Shown: positions 1-9,599 of the stretch, piece by piece
Layout: every line of letters starts with the position of its first letter
How positions within the stretch are numbered: the stretch's first letter is position 1
Source: an uncultured virus (IMG/VR IMGVR_UViG_3300025803_000010)
Lineage: Duplodnaviria; Heunggongvirae; Uroviricota; Caudoviricetes
DNA: 64,000 nucleotides
Strand: one strand, 5' to 3'
Virus record (IMG/VR): IMGVR_UViG_3300025803_000010
The notes under the pieces: model-generated
Seen by the model: only the letters and a program-made list of their open reading frames with translations
The model's database searches: none
Told to the model about the DNA's origin: nothing
Translations under genes and position numbers: made by a program

Positions 1-273
1 TTTTCCATCATGAATAACTGGGTAATCATGTTCACCGATTTCACTTATAATAGTTTCGGCTTTTACGAATTCCCAACCCTCTCTCAGTTTTTTAGATACA
101 TTACCTGGATCTTCAAAACCTGCAGTGTGAGTTCTTATCCATCTGTGTGCATAACCTTGCGGTGCAGCTGGGGCATCCAAACTGGATGGTGGAGTCCAAT
201 CTTTCTTTCTAGAAGTTTTAATTCTAGTTTCAGACTCGCGTGAAGTTTTAATTTTACTTTTAATATTTTCCAT
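1..273 (-). CDS. Conserved head-module protein, truncated by window edge; paralogue of 62161..62625
   Basis: Hand translation from ATG at 273: MENIKSKIKTSRESETRIKTSRKKDWTPPSSLDAPAAPQGYAHRWIR...; open to position 1; shares WTPPSSLDAP and HRW with 62161..62625. Confidence 0.85.
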   Translation of the reverse strand, partial: MENIKSKIKTSRESETRIKTSRKKDWTPPSSLDAPAAPQGYAHRWIRTHTAGFEDPGNVSKKLREGWEFVKAETIISEIGEHDYPVIHDGK

Positions 274-274
274 A

Positions 275-1264
275 TTAGGCTCCTTCTTCCTTCACGTATT
301 TTGCGTATTCCTCTAGTGGCACCCCTAATTTCTTAGCGATAACTACCTGTGATTTGGTGAGTTTCACAGACTTGCGTCCACCTGATCTTCTGCTAACAGA
401 AGCTACGTTTTGGACGGGTGCAGCTTTTGTTTTTTCTTCAGTAGAAGATTGAGCAAATTTCTGAGGGAAATACTCCTTCATACGTTTGTTGATTTGATTA
501 TAGTATTCGTCAGTCTCTGCGTCAATTCCCTGCTGTACTAGATCTTCATGTATTCCCATTGCAGCAGAAGTAAGGACTCTATCTGTACCAAACCACTCAT
601 TATCAGTAGCCCATTCCTGAGCTTTATGGCTAATTTGTGGTTTTGCAGCTACAGTCTCTTCTTTAGGTCTTGACTCAGCTTCTTTCTTTTTCAATTCCTT
701 TTCACCTAAAGACATTGAAACTTTTTCTTTCTCAACAGCTAATTGTGTAAGCTTATCGTTAGCTTCCATAATTTTATCAGCATCTTGAGATTCTAATGCA
801 GCTTTTAAACTTGCTTTTGCTTGTTCTCTTTCTGCATCTACTCTAGCACCATACTCTTTGAGATAATTTGTATCCGTCTCTTCAAATTTTTGCTCAGTAG
901 TTTCGTACTTACTTTTAAGACCTTTAGCATAATCAACTGCAGCACGTTCTCTTCGTTCTGCTTCTTTAATTTGATATGTAAGTTTCTTAATTCTTTTTTG
1001 AACCTTATCAGAATAATCTTTAAGACCTTCTTCGTCTTCAGTTTTTTCTTCTAATTTAGTTTCTCTTTCGTTTTCAAACGTCTTATCTATTTCTTTTTCG
1101 TTTGAATCTGATTCTTGATTACTGACATCTACATAACCTAAGTCAACGTCTTCCTTTTTTTCAAATTCAGCATTGCTTACATTAGGTGCATCAACAGTAA
1201 TTACTTGTTCTTCAACGCCATCTGTGTCTAATTCCACATCTGGACTTTTATTTTCTTCAGCCAT
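275..1264 (-). CDS. Putative capsid scaffolding protein (copy A)
   Basis: Acidic coiled-coil, W-x3-N-x-WFG motif, C-terminal AKKLGVPLEEYAK; follows GroES; GGAGG SD. Confidence 0.75.
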   Translation of the reverse strand: MAEENKSPDVELDTDGVEEQVITVDAPNVSNAEFEKKEDVDLGYVDVSNQESDSNEKEIDKTFENERETKLEEKTEDEEGLKDYSDKVQKRIKKLTYQIKEAERRERAAVDYAKGLKSKYETTEQKFEETDTNYLKEYGARVDAEREQAKASLKAALESQDADKIMEANDKLTQLAVEKEKVSMSLGEKELKKKEAESRPKEETVAAKPQISHKAQEWATDNEWFGTDRVLTSAAMGIHEDLVQQGIDAETDEYYNQINKRMKEYFPQKFAQSSTEEKTKAAPVQNVASVSRRSGGRKSVKLTKSQVVIAKKLGVPLEEYAKYVKEEGA

Positions 1265-1273
1265 TTTTCCTCC

Positions 1274-1720
1274 TTAATAATGGTGCAAAATATCGGCTGG
1301 ATTAGAAATAGTAGAAATAACTTCATCGTCATTCAGTACCCTTACTTCACCACCCTCAATTTTGAATCTTGAACCTGCATACCTACTAAAAATTATCCAA
1401 TCATTTAGTTTGCACCAAGGCCCTTTAGGAAATTTATTATCATCATGATAACAAAGATCTCCCATTTTTAGCACAAGACCACAGACAGTTGTCATCTGTA
1501 TTGTTTCTTGTGTTGTGTCAGATAAATACAGACCGCCTTTAGTCTTCTTTGGCCCTGCATATGGCAGTACCAAAATTCTATAACCAGTAGGTGTCGGTAA
1601 TTTATCTAAGGTTGATTTATCGATCTTTTTAGGATCAAGGACTGTTTCTACTTCATCACGTGTTTTATACGCTTCTAGAAGTGCTTCAGTCCGTTTCGGT
1701 GTCTCCGTGGACTTGTTCAT
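1274..1720 (-). CDS. groES: Co-chaperonin GroES-like (copy A)
   Basis: PTGYRILV, KTKGGLYL, FSRYAG, RVLNDDEV motifs of Cpn10. Confidence 0.9.
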   Translation of the reverse strand: MNKSTETPKRTEALLEAYKTRDEVETVLDPKKIDKSTLDKLPTPTGYRILVLPYAGPKKTKGGLYLSDTTQETIQMTTVCGLVLKMGDLCYHDDNKFPKGPWCKLNDWIIFSRYAGSRFKIEGGEVRVLNDDEVISTISNPADILHHY

Positions 1721-1904
1721 CGTTATACTCCGTTTTTGACAGCAGGTCTTTTATATCCTGTTGCAGATCTTCTAGTGATCTGATTTGACCCCTAACATAT
1801 TGTAGTTTCTCTAGAGTGTCAACACCATATATAGCGTTTTGCTTGTATCTTTCAAGGTTCCTCGCTATAATTTTTTGTAGTAACGATATTGTATCTATAT
1901 CCAT
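1686..1904 (-). CDS. Small conserved hypothetical protein upstream of GroES
   Basis: 72 aa ORF, YVRGQIRSL motif, TAATG coupling to the upstream gene. Confidence 0.7.
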   Translation of the reverse strand: MDIDTISLLQKIIARNLERYKQNAIYGVDTLEKLQYVRGQIRSLEDLQQDIKDLLSKTEYNDEQVHGDTETD

Positions 1905-2482
1905 TAATTTCTCTTAAGTATTAATTTATTTTTTCCTTGTTTTAGCAGCATAAAACCAAATTCATTTACTATAACTTTTAAAATTGTATCCATGTTAAAT
2001 TTTGGATAGTCATCGAAAATAAATACTGTACCAGGTTTTGATCTTTCAGCAAAAAATACAGCTTCTTTAACAACATCGAATGTTTTATGTGGCCCATCAA
2101 AATGAACCAAATCATAGTGATTTATTATCTGTTTTTCATTCCTATAAATAGGAACACCATCTGAAAACCTTTTCATAAATTCATCATCACCCATAGGAAA
2201 TAATGTAAAATTTTCATAATCTAAATCTTTAATTAATTGCAGCTTCATGCTGTTTGTATAATCACAAGTGTACTTACCTGAATTATCATAATGCTCATAA
2301 TTTAAATTACCGTAAGGATCTATACCTATATGCCAATGTTTTTTATTTCTAAAAGCATCTAAAATTATTTTAGAACCTTCACCTTGTCTCACACCTATTT
2401 CACAAGTAAAAAAATCATCACCTGTCAAACTATCACATGCTAGTTTTAGCATGTCATATTCTATACTATCACCTTGGATCAT
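1904..2482 (-). CDS. Class I SAM-dependent methyltransferase (Methyltransf_24-like)
   Basis: CEIGVRQGEGS, GIDPY, LVHFDGPH, FIFDD motifs. Confidence 0.8.
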   Translation of the reverse strand: MIQGDSIEYDMLKLACDSLTGDDFFTCEIGVRQGEGSKIILDAFRNKKHWHIGIDPYGNLNYEHYDNSGKYTCDYTNSMKLQLIKDLDYENFTLFPMGDDEFMKRFSDGVPIYRNEKQIINHYDLVHFDGPHKTFDVVKEAVFFAERSKPGTVFIFDDYPKFNMDTILKVIVNEFGFMLLKQGKNKLILKRN

Positions 2483-2691
2483 GTTGGCCTCTTATCACTA
2501 CACATGTAACCAACAACACGTTGACCTTTGTATGTATGATAGGGTCTTTGGCTAAAAGTATCAGTTTTTATAACAGTCATTTTTATATTGTCTTCATACC
2601 ACTTATAACAGGATTCGTAAATAAGAATATTTTTTTGTTCTATCTTATTATTACTGACTAAAATTAATAATGTAATAATTAGTTCTTTCAC
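2479..2691 (-). CDS. Small hypothetical protein with hydrophobic N-terminus
   Basis: 70 aa, ATGA overlap with the next gene, two Cys. Confidence 0.55.
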   Translation of the reverse strand: MKELIITLLILVSNNKIEQKNILIYESCYKWYEDNIKMTVIKTDTFSQRPYHTYKGQRVVGYMCSDKRPT

Positions 2692-2716
2692 TTATTAAAA
2701 AAAGGTATCGTATATT

Positions 2717-3049
2717 TTACGTTCTGACATTGGTAGGTCTTGGCCCTGCGTTACCTGCTGCTCTTTTTCTGCTGACAGCACTCGCCTTTTGCGACTTTGA
2801 CATCGCTGTGGCTTTTGCAAGTGGTACGCACTTCGGATACTTCCGACTTGAACCACTGGCAGATTTTCTTCCACACTCTTGAAACTTGCCACCTTTTTTC
2901 TTTGCTCCAATATCTACCCATTTTTCATTAAACCATTTTGTAAGTCCACCAGACTTCATTGCAGGAACACAGTTGGGCACCATTCGGTTGCCTTTTTTCT
3001 TCATGCCCTTTTGGACATAGCCTTCCCAACATGATCCTTTTTTGTTCAT
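2717..3049 (-). CDS. Basic conserved phage protein (DUF5872-like)
   Basis: GLTKWFNEKWVDI and YPKCVP motifs; N-terminal CWEGY...VPNCVP module. Confidence 0.7.
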   Translation of the reverse strand: MNKKGSCWEGYVQKGMKKKGNRMVPNCVPAMKSGGLTKWFNEKWVDIGAKKKGGKFQECGRKSASGSSRKYPKCVPLAKATAMSKSQKASAVSRKRAAGNAGPRPTNVRT

Positions 3050-3423
3050 TTTTTGTATGCAGCTTTGTGTAAATTTGAAATTTCTTGTTTGCTAAGTTTA
3101 TTTCCACCATGCATTCTAATTCCATGAGCTAAGTCTGTTTTTGCATCAGATCTTTTTCCAGCACCTCTAACACCTGATTTCATAATTTCAATAATTTTTC
3201 TACCACCTGCTTTTTTATATTGTTTAAAACCATATTTAATTCCCGCAGTAATTAAACCACCAATCATAACTTTCTTAGGCCCCCAATCTTTTTTCTTAGT
3301 TCCTGAAGGATCTTTTATTTTACCTGCACATATTTTTGAAGCGTATGCGTTTGCATAAGCCGATGGATATACTTTAAATTTTCTTTTAGCCGCTGATTTG
3401 CCTCTTGCACATAATTTTGTCAT
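3046..3423 (-). CDS. Basic conserved phage protein
   Basis: LCARGKSAAKRKFKVYPSAYAN motif; Lys/Gly-rich. Confidence 0.7.
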   Translation of the reverse strand: MTKLCARGKSAAKRKFKVYPSAYANAYASKICAGKIKDPSGTKKKDWGPKKVMIGGLITAGIKYGFKQYKKAGGRKIIEIMKSGVRGAGKRSDAKTDLAHGIRMHGGNKLSKQEISNLHKAAYKK

Positions 3424-3810
3424 CTATTTTTTTCCTCCGTTACGGAAGATTTGTGTTCCCTTAATTCCGTATATGGATGCTACGACAAGGATCCACAAAT
3501 TAGTAAACCATGAAGGAAGCTGAGAGAACATATCAAAAAACAATTTTACTTTGTCCATCGCTGTTGGGTCATCCGATATCACTGCCCAAGCGAGCACCAA
3601 AACGGGCAAACTGAGAATTATGAGAACTGCCTCGTCTTTCCAGTCTGATTGTCTAGCCTCTAGCAATTTTCCCTGGTAAGCTTCGTCCCCTCGGGCCATA
3701 CGTTCAGCATGCATAAGTTGTGCATCTGACATAGCCATCTTAGTTTTCTGCTTATTAGCATAAATTTTACTTCCAGCATTTACTGCAAGTTTAATTGCAC
3801 TTAACCACAT
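3424..3810 (-). CDS. Putative holin / membrane protein
   Basis: Two hydrophobic segments after an SDWKDE motif; basic C-terminus. Confidence 0.55.
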   Translation of the reverse strand: MWLSAIKLAVNAGSKIYANKQKTKMAMSDAQLMHAERMARGDEAYQGKLLEARQSDWKDEAVLIILSLPVLVLAWAVISDDPTAMDKVKLFFDMFSQLPSWFTNLWILVVASIYGIKGTQIFRNGGKK

Positions 3811-4192
3811 AATATTTCTCCTGTCTTCTAAAACACATATAGTCTATCATTTTATCCATGCACAGAAAAGCCCCTTTACCACAGAGTTTCCACCTGTATG
3901 TTATTTTCCAATGTGCTTTTCTTTGTTTACATTCGTAAAATGTTCCACCAAACATATCGTGGAATCTTTTAACCATATCTTTATCAGTAGTTTCTACTGA
4001 ACAAGCAAAGTATCTAGGTTTTGACGCTCCTCTGCCTTTTGACCAAAGTCCAAAACTACCTTCGCCATCAAAAAGACCTGCTAAAAAAATTATTTTATTT
4101 TTTTCGCTTAATTTTTCGTACAAGTTTGTACTTATTACTTGTTTTGATGTCGATGCCTTGGGGGTTTGGGCCTCTTTTGGGTGGTGGGCCAT
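3791..4192 (-). CDS. Free-standing single-motif LAGLIDADG homing endonuclease
   Basis: FLAGLFDGEGSF motif and YRW strand; probable ATG at 4192 preceded by GGAGG. Confidence 0.8.
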   Translation of the reverse strand: MAHHPKEAQTPKASTSKQVISTNLYEKLSEKNKIIFLAGLFDGEGSFGLWSKGRGASKPRYFACSVETTDKDMVKRFHDMFGGTFYECKQRKAHWKITYRWKLCGKGAFLCMDKMIDYMCFRRQEKYYVVKCN

Positions 4193-4226
4193 ATTTTTTT
4201 CCTCCACTTAAGCCTTTCCTGCTCAT
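4095..4226 (-). CDS. Small basic protein (43 aa), missing from the ORF track
   Basis: MSRKGLSGGKKYGPPPKRGPNPQG...; ATGA overlap with the portal stop. Confidence 0.7.
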   Translation of the reverse strand: MSRKGLSGGKKYGPPPKRGPNPQGIDIKTSNKYKLVRKIKRKK

Positions 4227-6538
4227 TTTTGATCTAATTTATCTCTTGCAATATCAAGTCTTTCATCTGATTGTTGATCTTGTTGTGCAAGTCGGTCGTA
4301 TTCAAAATCTAATCTAGCTTGTTCTTGTATAGCGTCTTGTTCAGCTTTAAATTTTGTTTCTTGAGCTTTTCTTTGTAAATCCATAGCTCTTAAATCAATT
4401 TCTTGCTGTTTAATTCTTACAAGTGGATCTTCTTTTTTCTGAGCGGCCATTTCTCCTCTTACAAGCTCTTCAGTTATCTCTGCAGCAGCTGTTGCAACAG
4501 CATTATCAAATCTAATTTGAAAATCTTCAGGATTAGTTTGTTGCAATTGCATCATTTGTGGGTCTTCAGCTAACTGTTGCATGACTTCCTGTCTTGCTTT
4601 GAATGAAACGTGGTCAGAAACGTGTGCTTGAAGTAAAGCGTACACCGGTGGATTGATTTGAACCATTCTAGATTGCATAAATGCCATGTGTGCAGCAATA
4701 TGTGCATCGTGATCTTGGAATTCAAAAGCAGTTGCAAACTTCATTTGTAATGCACGTGCATTTTCTTTTGCAGGATCCATAGGTTCAGGTTGTTTCGGTG
4801 GTGGTTTAAGTAAAGTTTCAATTTGTTTTGTACCAAGTGCTTCATAAACACGTCTATATGCTTCATGTAAGTTGTGCATTTGTGGATTTGACTGTGCAAT
4901 TTGCAATTGTGTCTGTGCTAAAGTCACTCTTTGTGACATAGACATAATATTTGGGTCAGCAACAGGTATAATATCGACTCTTTGGTCAAAATCTGCCGCT
5001 TTAATTTCTCTTGGGCCACCATAAACATCGTAAGGATACTCTGGTGGTAAAAATTCACTACAAATTTTACCTAACATTTTAAATTCTAACCTCATTGCAT
5101 AATAACATCGCTTATGAACACCACTCATTACACGAGAACCTCTCTCCATCATTGCAATTGTAGTACCAACAGCTCTGTTTTGAACATCATTACCAATATT
5201 ATTGTCTGTAATAGCTGCAAATTTTTGTCCAGCTTGTACAACAAAACCTAAAAGGTTGTATAAAGTTGTGCTTGGCTCTGTAAATGGAAGATTAAAAAAC
5301 TGATCTCTAATATTTCCACCTGGTGCATCTACATCTCTAAACTCTCCAGGTTGAATTGGTTGGTCATCATCTCTAACTCTAATCCCTCTAGACTTAAATC
5401 CTGCTGGTAAATTTTTCAAAGTACCTGCATCTATTAATTGTCTTAATGTTTGTGTTGCAGCTCTGCTCAAACCACCAATCATATGAGTTAAACCGAATCC
5501 ATAAAAACCTAAACCAGGTAAAAATTTGTAATGTACAAAGTATTCTGTTCTTTGATAGCTAGGATCATTAGGTCTGTAATTTCTATAGATAGATAAAATT
5601 TCTGCTGAGCCTTCATCAATAGTAACAATGTAAGGTATTTTTATTTTTTTAGCTTTGTCATCAAAGTCTTCGTAGTCATCTAAATTTAAATCTACGTGTA
5701 CCTCTAAAATATTATGTAAATAATCTGAACCCGTGCCTTTAACACCTTCAAGTTCATTTAATTTTTTCTGCAATGGATCAGGTTCTGTATTACCTTTAAT
5801 TAATTCTATGTCTCTATAAAAACCTGCTGCTTGTTTTTTAATAACTTCGTTTTGAGTCATCTTAATTGTGTGTGAAATTCTTTCACAATCTTTCAGATCT
5901 GATGCAAAGTAAGGTACAACTAAATCTTCTGCGGGAATAAATTTAGATACTGGTCTACCTAACATTTCATCATAATAAACTTTTTTAAATGTAGATCCGG
6001 ATAATGGTAAATAGAATAACATTTGATCCATATCAGTTGTGTACTCTTCCATTTTATCCATTAATAAGTAATTCATGTATTCTTTAACTCTATCTGCTTG
6101 TTGTTCTGTTGCAGGAGTTTGTAAACCTATAATTTGTGTTCTTACAGGGCCATCACTAGGTATTAATTCTTTATAAGCTTGTGCTTGAAATTGTGTAACT
6201 GATTCTGCAAGTAAAGGGTGAGTAACACCACTTGCACCTTTAAATGGTTTTGTAACCTCTGTGTATTTAGTACCAAGTAAATCTAAGCCTTTGATGTAAG
6301 CATCTTCCCATTCTTTTCTGGATACTCTATCTTTTTTGTATTCATCAATTAAATCAGAAGCCATGGATTTAAGAGTACTCTCATCCATTTCCTCTGCTAA
6401 ATTAGCATTAAAATCTTGCTCAGGAGTTTCCTCAACTTCCTCTTCGCCTTCAACTATTACTTCTGGTGGAAGACCCTCAGGTTGTTCAGTAATTTCTTCT
6501 TCTGATACGATTGTATCGTTATTCTTTTCTACGGCCAT
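4223..6538 (-). CDS. Portal protein
   Basis: 771 aa; HPLLAESVTQFQAQAYKEL, FKKVYYD, FLPGLGFYG, RQLIDAGTL; coiled-coil C-terminus as in P22-like portals; near terL. Confidence 0.9.
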   Translation of the reverse strand: MAVEKNNDTIVSEEEITEQPEGLPPEVIVEGEEEVEETPEQDFNANLAEEMDESTLKSMASDLIDEYKKDRVSRKEWEDAYIKGLDLLGTKYTEVTKPFKGASGVTHPLLAESVTQFQAQAYKELIPSDGPVRTQIIGLQTPATEQQADRVKEYMNYLLMDKMEEYTTDMDQMLFYLPLSGSTFKKVYYDEMLGRPVSKFIPAEDLVVPYFASDLKDCERISHTIKMTQNEVIKKQAAGFYRDIELIKGNTEPDPLQKKLNELEGVKGTGSDYLHNILEVHVDLNLDDYEDFDDKAKKIKIPYIVTIDEGSAEILSIYRNYRPNDPSYQRTEYFVHYKFLPGLGFYGFGLTHMIGGLSRAATQTLRQLIDAGTLKNLPAGFKSRGIRVRDDDQPIQPGEFRDVDAPGGNIRDQFFNLPFTEPSTTLYNLLGFVVQAGQKFAAITDNNIGNDVQNRAVGTTIAMMERGSRVMSGVHKRCYYAMRLEFKMLGKICSEFLPPEYPYDVYGGPREIKAADFDQRVDIIPVADPNIMSMSQRVTLAQTQLQIAQSNPQMHNLHEAYRRVYEALGTKQIETLLKPPPKQPEPMDPAKENARALQMKFATAFEFQDHDAHIAAHMAFMQSRMVQINPPVYALLQAHVSDHVSFKARQEVMQQLAEDPQMMQLQQTNPEDFQIRFDNAVATAAAEITEELVRGEMAAQKKEDPLVRIKQQEIDLRAMDLQRKAQETKFKAEQDAIQEQARLDFEYDRLAQQDQQSDERLDIARDKLDQK

Positions 6539-6546
6539 TCTTTATT

Positions 6547-8490
6547 CTACCTTATGGGTTTAAATAAATCTACTACTAATCCTCCAGTAGATTTATATGT
6601 TTTAAATGTATCTTTCATCATTGGTGTAACCTTTATAGCAAATGAATCAAAATACAAGTTTGGATCGTTATCTGGTACAAATTTATAGCTAAGATCATCA
6701 GCTACTTCTTTACTCATAGTTGCCTTATCGTGAAATATAGATTTAATTCTTTTACCTGCTTTAGGGTGATTATCGGGATATTTAAACTCATCTGTTCTAA
6801 TTTTCTTGTATGGCATTTTGGGATCTGAGAGAGAAATTTTTACTGGCCCCGTGTTTGAATCATAAAACCTACCAACTTTTTTCATTAGGTTTGGCATTAC
6901 AGCTGAGCCTTTACCACCAATTCCCTTACCACTTGCGTAACCATAAAATCTTTCATTACCCGCTTTATAGCCTTGTCTAAAACTTAATTTGTCAAAAGGA
7001 GCAACGGCTACATAATCAACATTTTCTTTAGCTGCTTTATTAAGCAAATATTTTAATGCATGATCACCATAGGAATCTGCTTCAACCATAGGAAAGTAAT
7101 CATACTTTTGTCCACTGCCATAGTTATCAGCTCTCTGCCCATATGTTCTTTGTATTTTTTGATTTACATCTTTCAGGTCTTTGGCAATACTTTGTGCTCT
7201 TCCTGTTAAACCTTTCTTAATAGCTTCATCCATTTCTTTTAACATTTTACTTCTGTTGTTAACAAGTAAACCTAATTCTAAATCTGCTTGAAAAGGATTA
7301 ACACGTTTTTCGCCCCCTAGTTGTTGAAGCTTATTTAAATTTTTTGCAACTGTTTGGTTAGCGTCTGATTGTATTTCGTGAATTAAAAAAGCTTTCTTAC
7401 CATCTGGAGTATAACGTGTATCAAACCTTACGTGGTAGATCATATTTTTATTTACACCATCAAAGTGTCCAAATGTTTTAAAGGGAGAGGAGTTGCCAAC
7501 AATAGGCTCATCTAACTTCATAACAGTTTCTCTATAATTATTTCCCCCTTGTAAGGTATAACTAGCTTCATTACCATATCTTGTAGCTATAGTTTTATCT
7601 TTAAACGGTTGGGTTGTTTTATCAATTTCTCCAATTAATTTATTAACTCTTTGTTTTTCGTTTTGTGATAAATTTGTAGATTTAGATATATTTTTTAATC
7701 TTGTAAGTGATTCTCTAGCAGCAGAGCTTACTTGATCTGCTCCACCTTTCATACCTGATAGTGCATACACCGCTCCATCCAATTCATCTTTGATTGCAGC
7801 TAAACCTTTTATCTCTACAATACTTTGTAGTTTTTTTGCTTCATCAAGTAATTGAGGTTGTGCTTTTTCTAAAGCTTCCACAGCACCTTTAGGTAAACCT
7901 AGTTCAACAGGCTTTAACCTATTTACTGGATTTAATTTTAACATTGCACCTACTTCGTTTGCATCTAGCTTAATACCAAATTTTTTAGCTGCGTATAATA
8001 AGCCTCCAGTTAAATCACCTGCATCATTAAAGATTGCTAAGTTAGAATCAAATAATTCTTCTTTGCTGATTGATACTTCTTTTCCTTGAAAGGGGCCAGA
8101 GTCATATTTAAATCTTTTTTCATCTCTAATAGTTTTTTTAGCTGGTCTACCAAATATTTTAAAGTTAGCTGTTCTCGTTGATGTTAAATGATCTATCCAA
8201 TCCTCTGCACCAAACTTACCTCTTCCTTTTTTCATAACCCAATCGTAAGTCGATGAACCAAACGCAGGAGCTGTCTTGTCTCCCATATATAAGTTTTTAG
8301 TTTTATTTAATGGTTGAGTAACTGCAGGTAAGTTAAGTTCTTTCTTAGCTAACTCTTGCCCAGTTTGTGTTGCTGATTGTTTATCGTAAGTAATAAGTTT
8401 TTGTTGTTGTCCGGTGGCCGGTGAACTTGATACTTTCTTACTTGGTAATAATCGTTTGCCAAGTCCGACTAGAAGAGTCTTCAGGGACAT
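6547..8490 (-). CDS. Putative internal virion (injected) protein with an EIQSD-motif domain
   Basis: NYRE...HF...HVRF...LIHEIQSD motif; C-terminal KSTGGLV; lies between terL and portal. Confidence 0.5.
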   Translation of the reverse strand: MSLKTLLVGLGKRLLPSKKVSSSPATGQQQKLITYDKQSATQTGQELAKKELNLPAVTQPLNKTKNLYMGDKTAPAFGSSTYDWVMKKGRGKFGAEDWIDHLTSTRTANFKIFGRPAKKTIRDEKRFKYDSGPFQGKEVSISKEELFDSNLAIFNDAGDLTGGLLYAAKKFGIKLDANEVGAMLKLNPVNRLKPVELGLPKGAVEALEKAQPQLLDEAKKLQSIVEIKGLAAIKDELDGAVYALSGMKGGADQVSSAARESLTRLKNISKSTNLSQNEKQRVNKLIGEIDKTTQPFKDKTIATRYGNEASYTLQGGNNYRETVMKLDEPIVGNSSPFKTFGHFDGVNKNMIYHVRFDTRYTPDGKKAFLIHEIQSDANQTVAKNLNKLQQLGGEKRVNPFQADLELGLLVNNRSKMLKEMDEAIKKGLTGRAQSIAKDLKDVNQKIQRTYGQRADNYGSGQKYDYFPMVEADSYGDHALKYLLNKAAKENVDYVAVAPFDKLSFRQGYKAGNERFYGYASGKGIGGKGSAVMPNLMKKVGRFYDSNTGPVKISLSDPKMPYKKIRTDEFKYPDNHPKAGKRIKSIFHDKATMSKEVADDLSYKFVPDNDPNLYFDSFAIKVTPMMKDTFKTYKSTGGLVVDLFKPIR

Positions 8491-8500
8491 CGGAAACTCC

Positions 8501-9589
8501 CTATATAATTTTAGTAGGTCTTGTTCTACCTAGTTTACAACCACGTGCTTTGATCATAGTGCCTGATCTATAACCCATAGGTTTTTGCATCATGCCACCA
8601 CCCATTCTTGACATAGCTTTTCCAAGTTGGTCTCGGCTTCTTAATTTAATTTCTTTAATAGTTGTTTCTTTGTTAGCTGGCCCTTCTTTTTTAGGGAACT
8701 TAATAGTAAAATAATTTTCTCTTTTCTTACCTCTTTGTGTATCTTTAACACTTCTTTTTCCACTTTCTTTTACTGTTCCTGTTCCACCCAAGAGTCCTGC
8801 TTTTCCTGTTCTTTTTCCACCCAAAAGTCCTGCTCCTGGTTCTGATCCATGTTTATAACCCATAGGTCTTTGCATCATGCCACCACCCATTTTTTTCTTA
8901 ACGCCATCTTTTTTCTTATTCATTTTAGATTTTAAATATTGAATAGCACCCGTTCCTGCTGCAGCAACACCTAAAGCTACTCTACCATATTTATTTGCCT
9001 TTGCTGCTTTCTTAGCAGCGGCTAAAGCCATTCTTCTTTTGTTGAATTGAGATGAAGTTTCTCCAGGTTTAAAACCTTTTGCTTTTCTCATGTCATCTAA
9101 TGATTTAAATTTTCTTCTACCTTGACCAATCTGTGATCCTGGTTTTACACCTACGATTGTAGTAACACCTCTTTGGGCTTTAGGAGTGCTAGCTTCAGCT
9201 GAAGCATCGAAGGTACCTAAATAACCTTGAAACAATTTTCCTTTTTTAGCTTTCATAACTTTACCTGGTTGAACCTTCTCATCTTGAAGACCCATGCCTC
9301 TGCCTTTTGCTTTCTCTGCTTTTAGAACAGCAAAATCTTTTGCATCAATTTTATTTTTTGGTGGAGCTTTAGCAGCAATTTTTGCTTGGCCACCTGTTAA
9401 GTAGGGAACTGGATTCATTCTGCTTTGAGATTGAGTTCTTGATTTTCTTGCTTTGAAATGTTCGTCCATTTGTTTGCCTGAAAATGAAAATTTTTTTTTA
9501 AAAGCTGCTTTACTTATTTCTTTATTAGGTTTATCTGAACCATGTGTTCTTGAAGATAATCCTTTACCTTTTGTGCTTGATGATTCCAT
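8501..9589 (-). CDS. Highly basic low-complexity protein with a repeated MGGGMMQxPMGY unit
   Basis: 362 aa, Lys/Gly-rich, internal repeat present twice. Confidence 0.7.
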   Translation of the reverse strand: MESSSTKGKGLSSRTHGSDKPNKEISKAAFKKKFSFSGKQMDEHFKARKSRTQSQSRMNPVPYLTGGQAKIAAKAPPKNKIDAKDFAVLKAEKAKGRGMGLQDEKVQPGKVMKAKKGKLFQGYLGTFDASAEASTPKAQRGVTTIVGVKPGSQIGQGRRKFKSLDDMRKAKGFKPGETSSQFNKRRMALAAAKKAAKANKYGRVALGVAAAGTGAIQYLKSKMNKKKDGVKKKMGGGMMQRPMGYKHGSEPGAGLLGGKRTGKAGLLGGTGTVKESGKRSVKDTQRGKKRENYFTIKFPKKEGPANKETTIKEIKLRSRDQLGKAMSRMGGGMMQKPMGYRSGTMIKARGCKLGRTRPTKII

Positions 9590-9599
9590 AAAAATTCTC

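Noticed and set aside
1..1720. Direct terminal repeat or circular overlap with 62161-64000
   Set aside because: The copies are homologous but far from identical in DNA and protein sequence.
1904..2482. DNA methyltransferase explaining the GGWCC pattern
   Set aside because: It lacks the DPPY/NPPY or PC catalytic motifs and resembles small-molecule or sugar O-methyltransferases.
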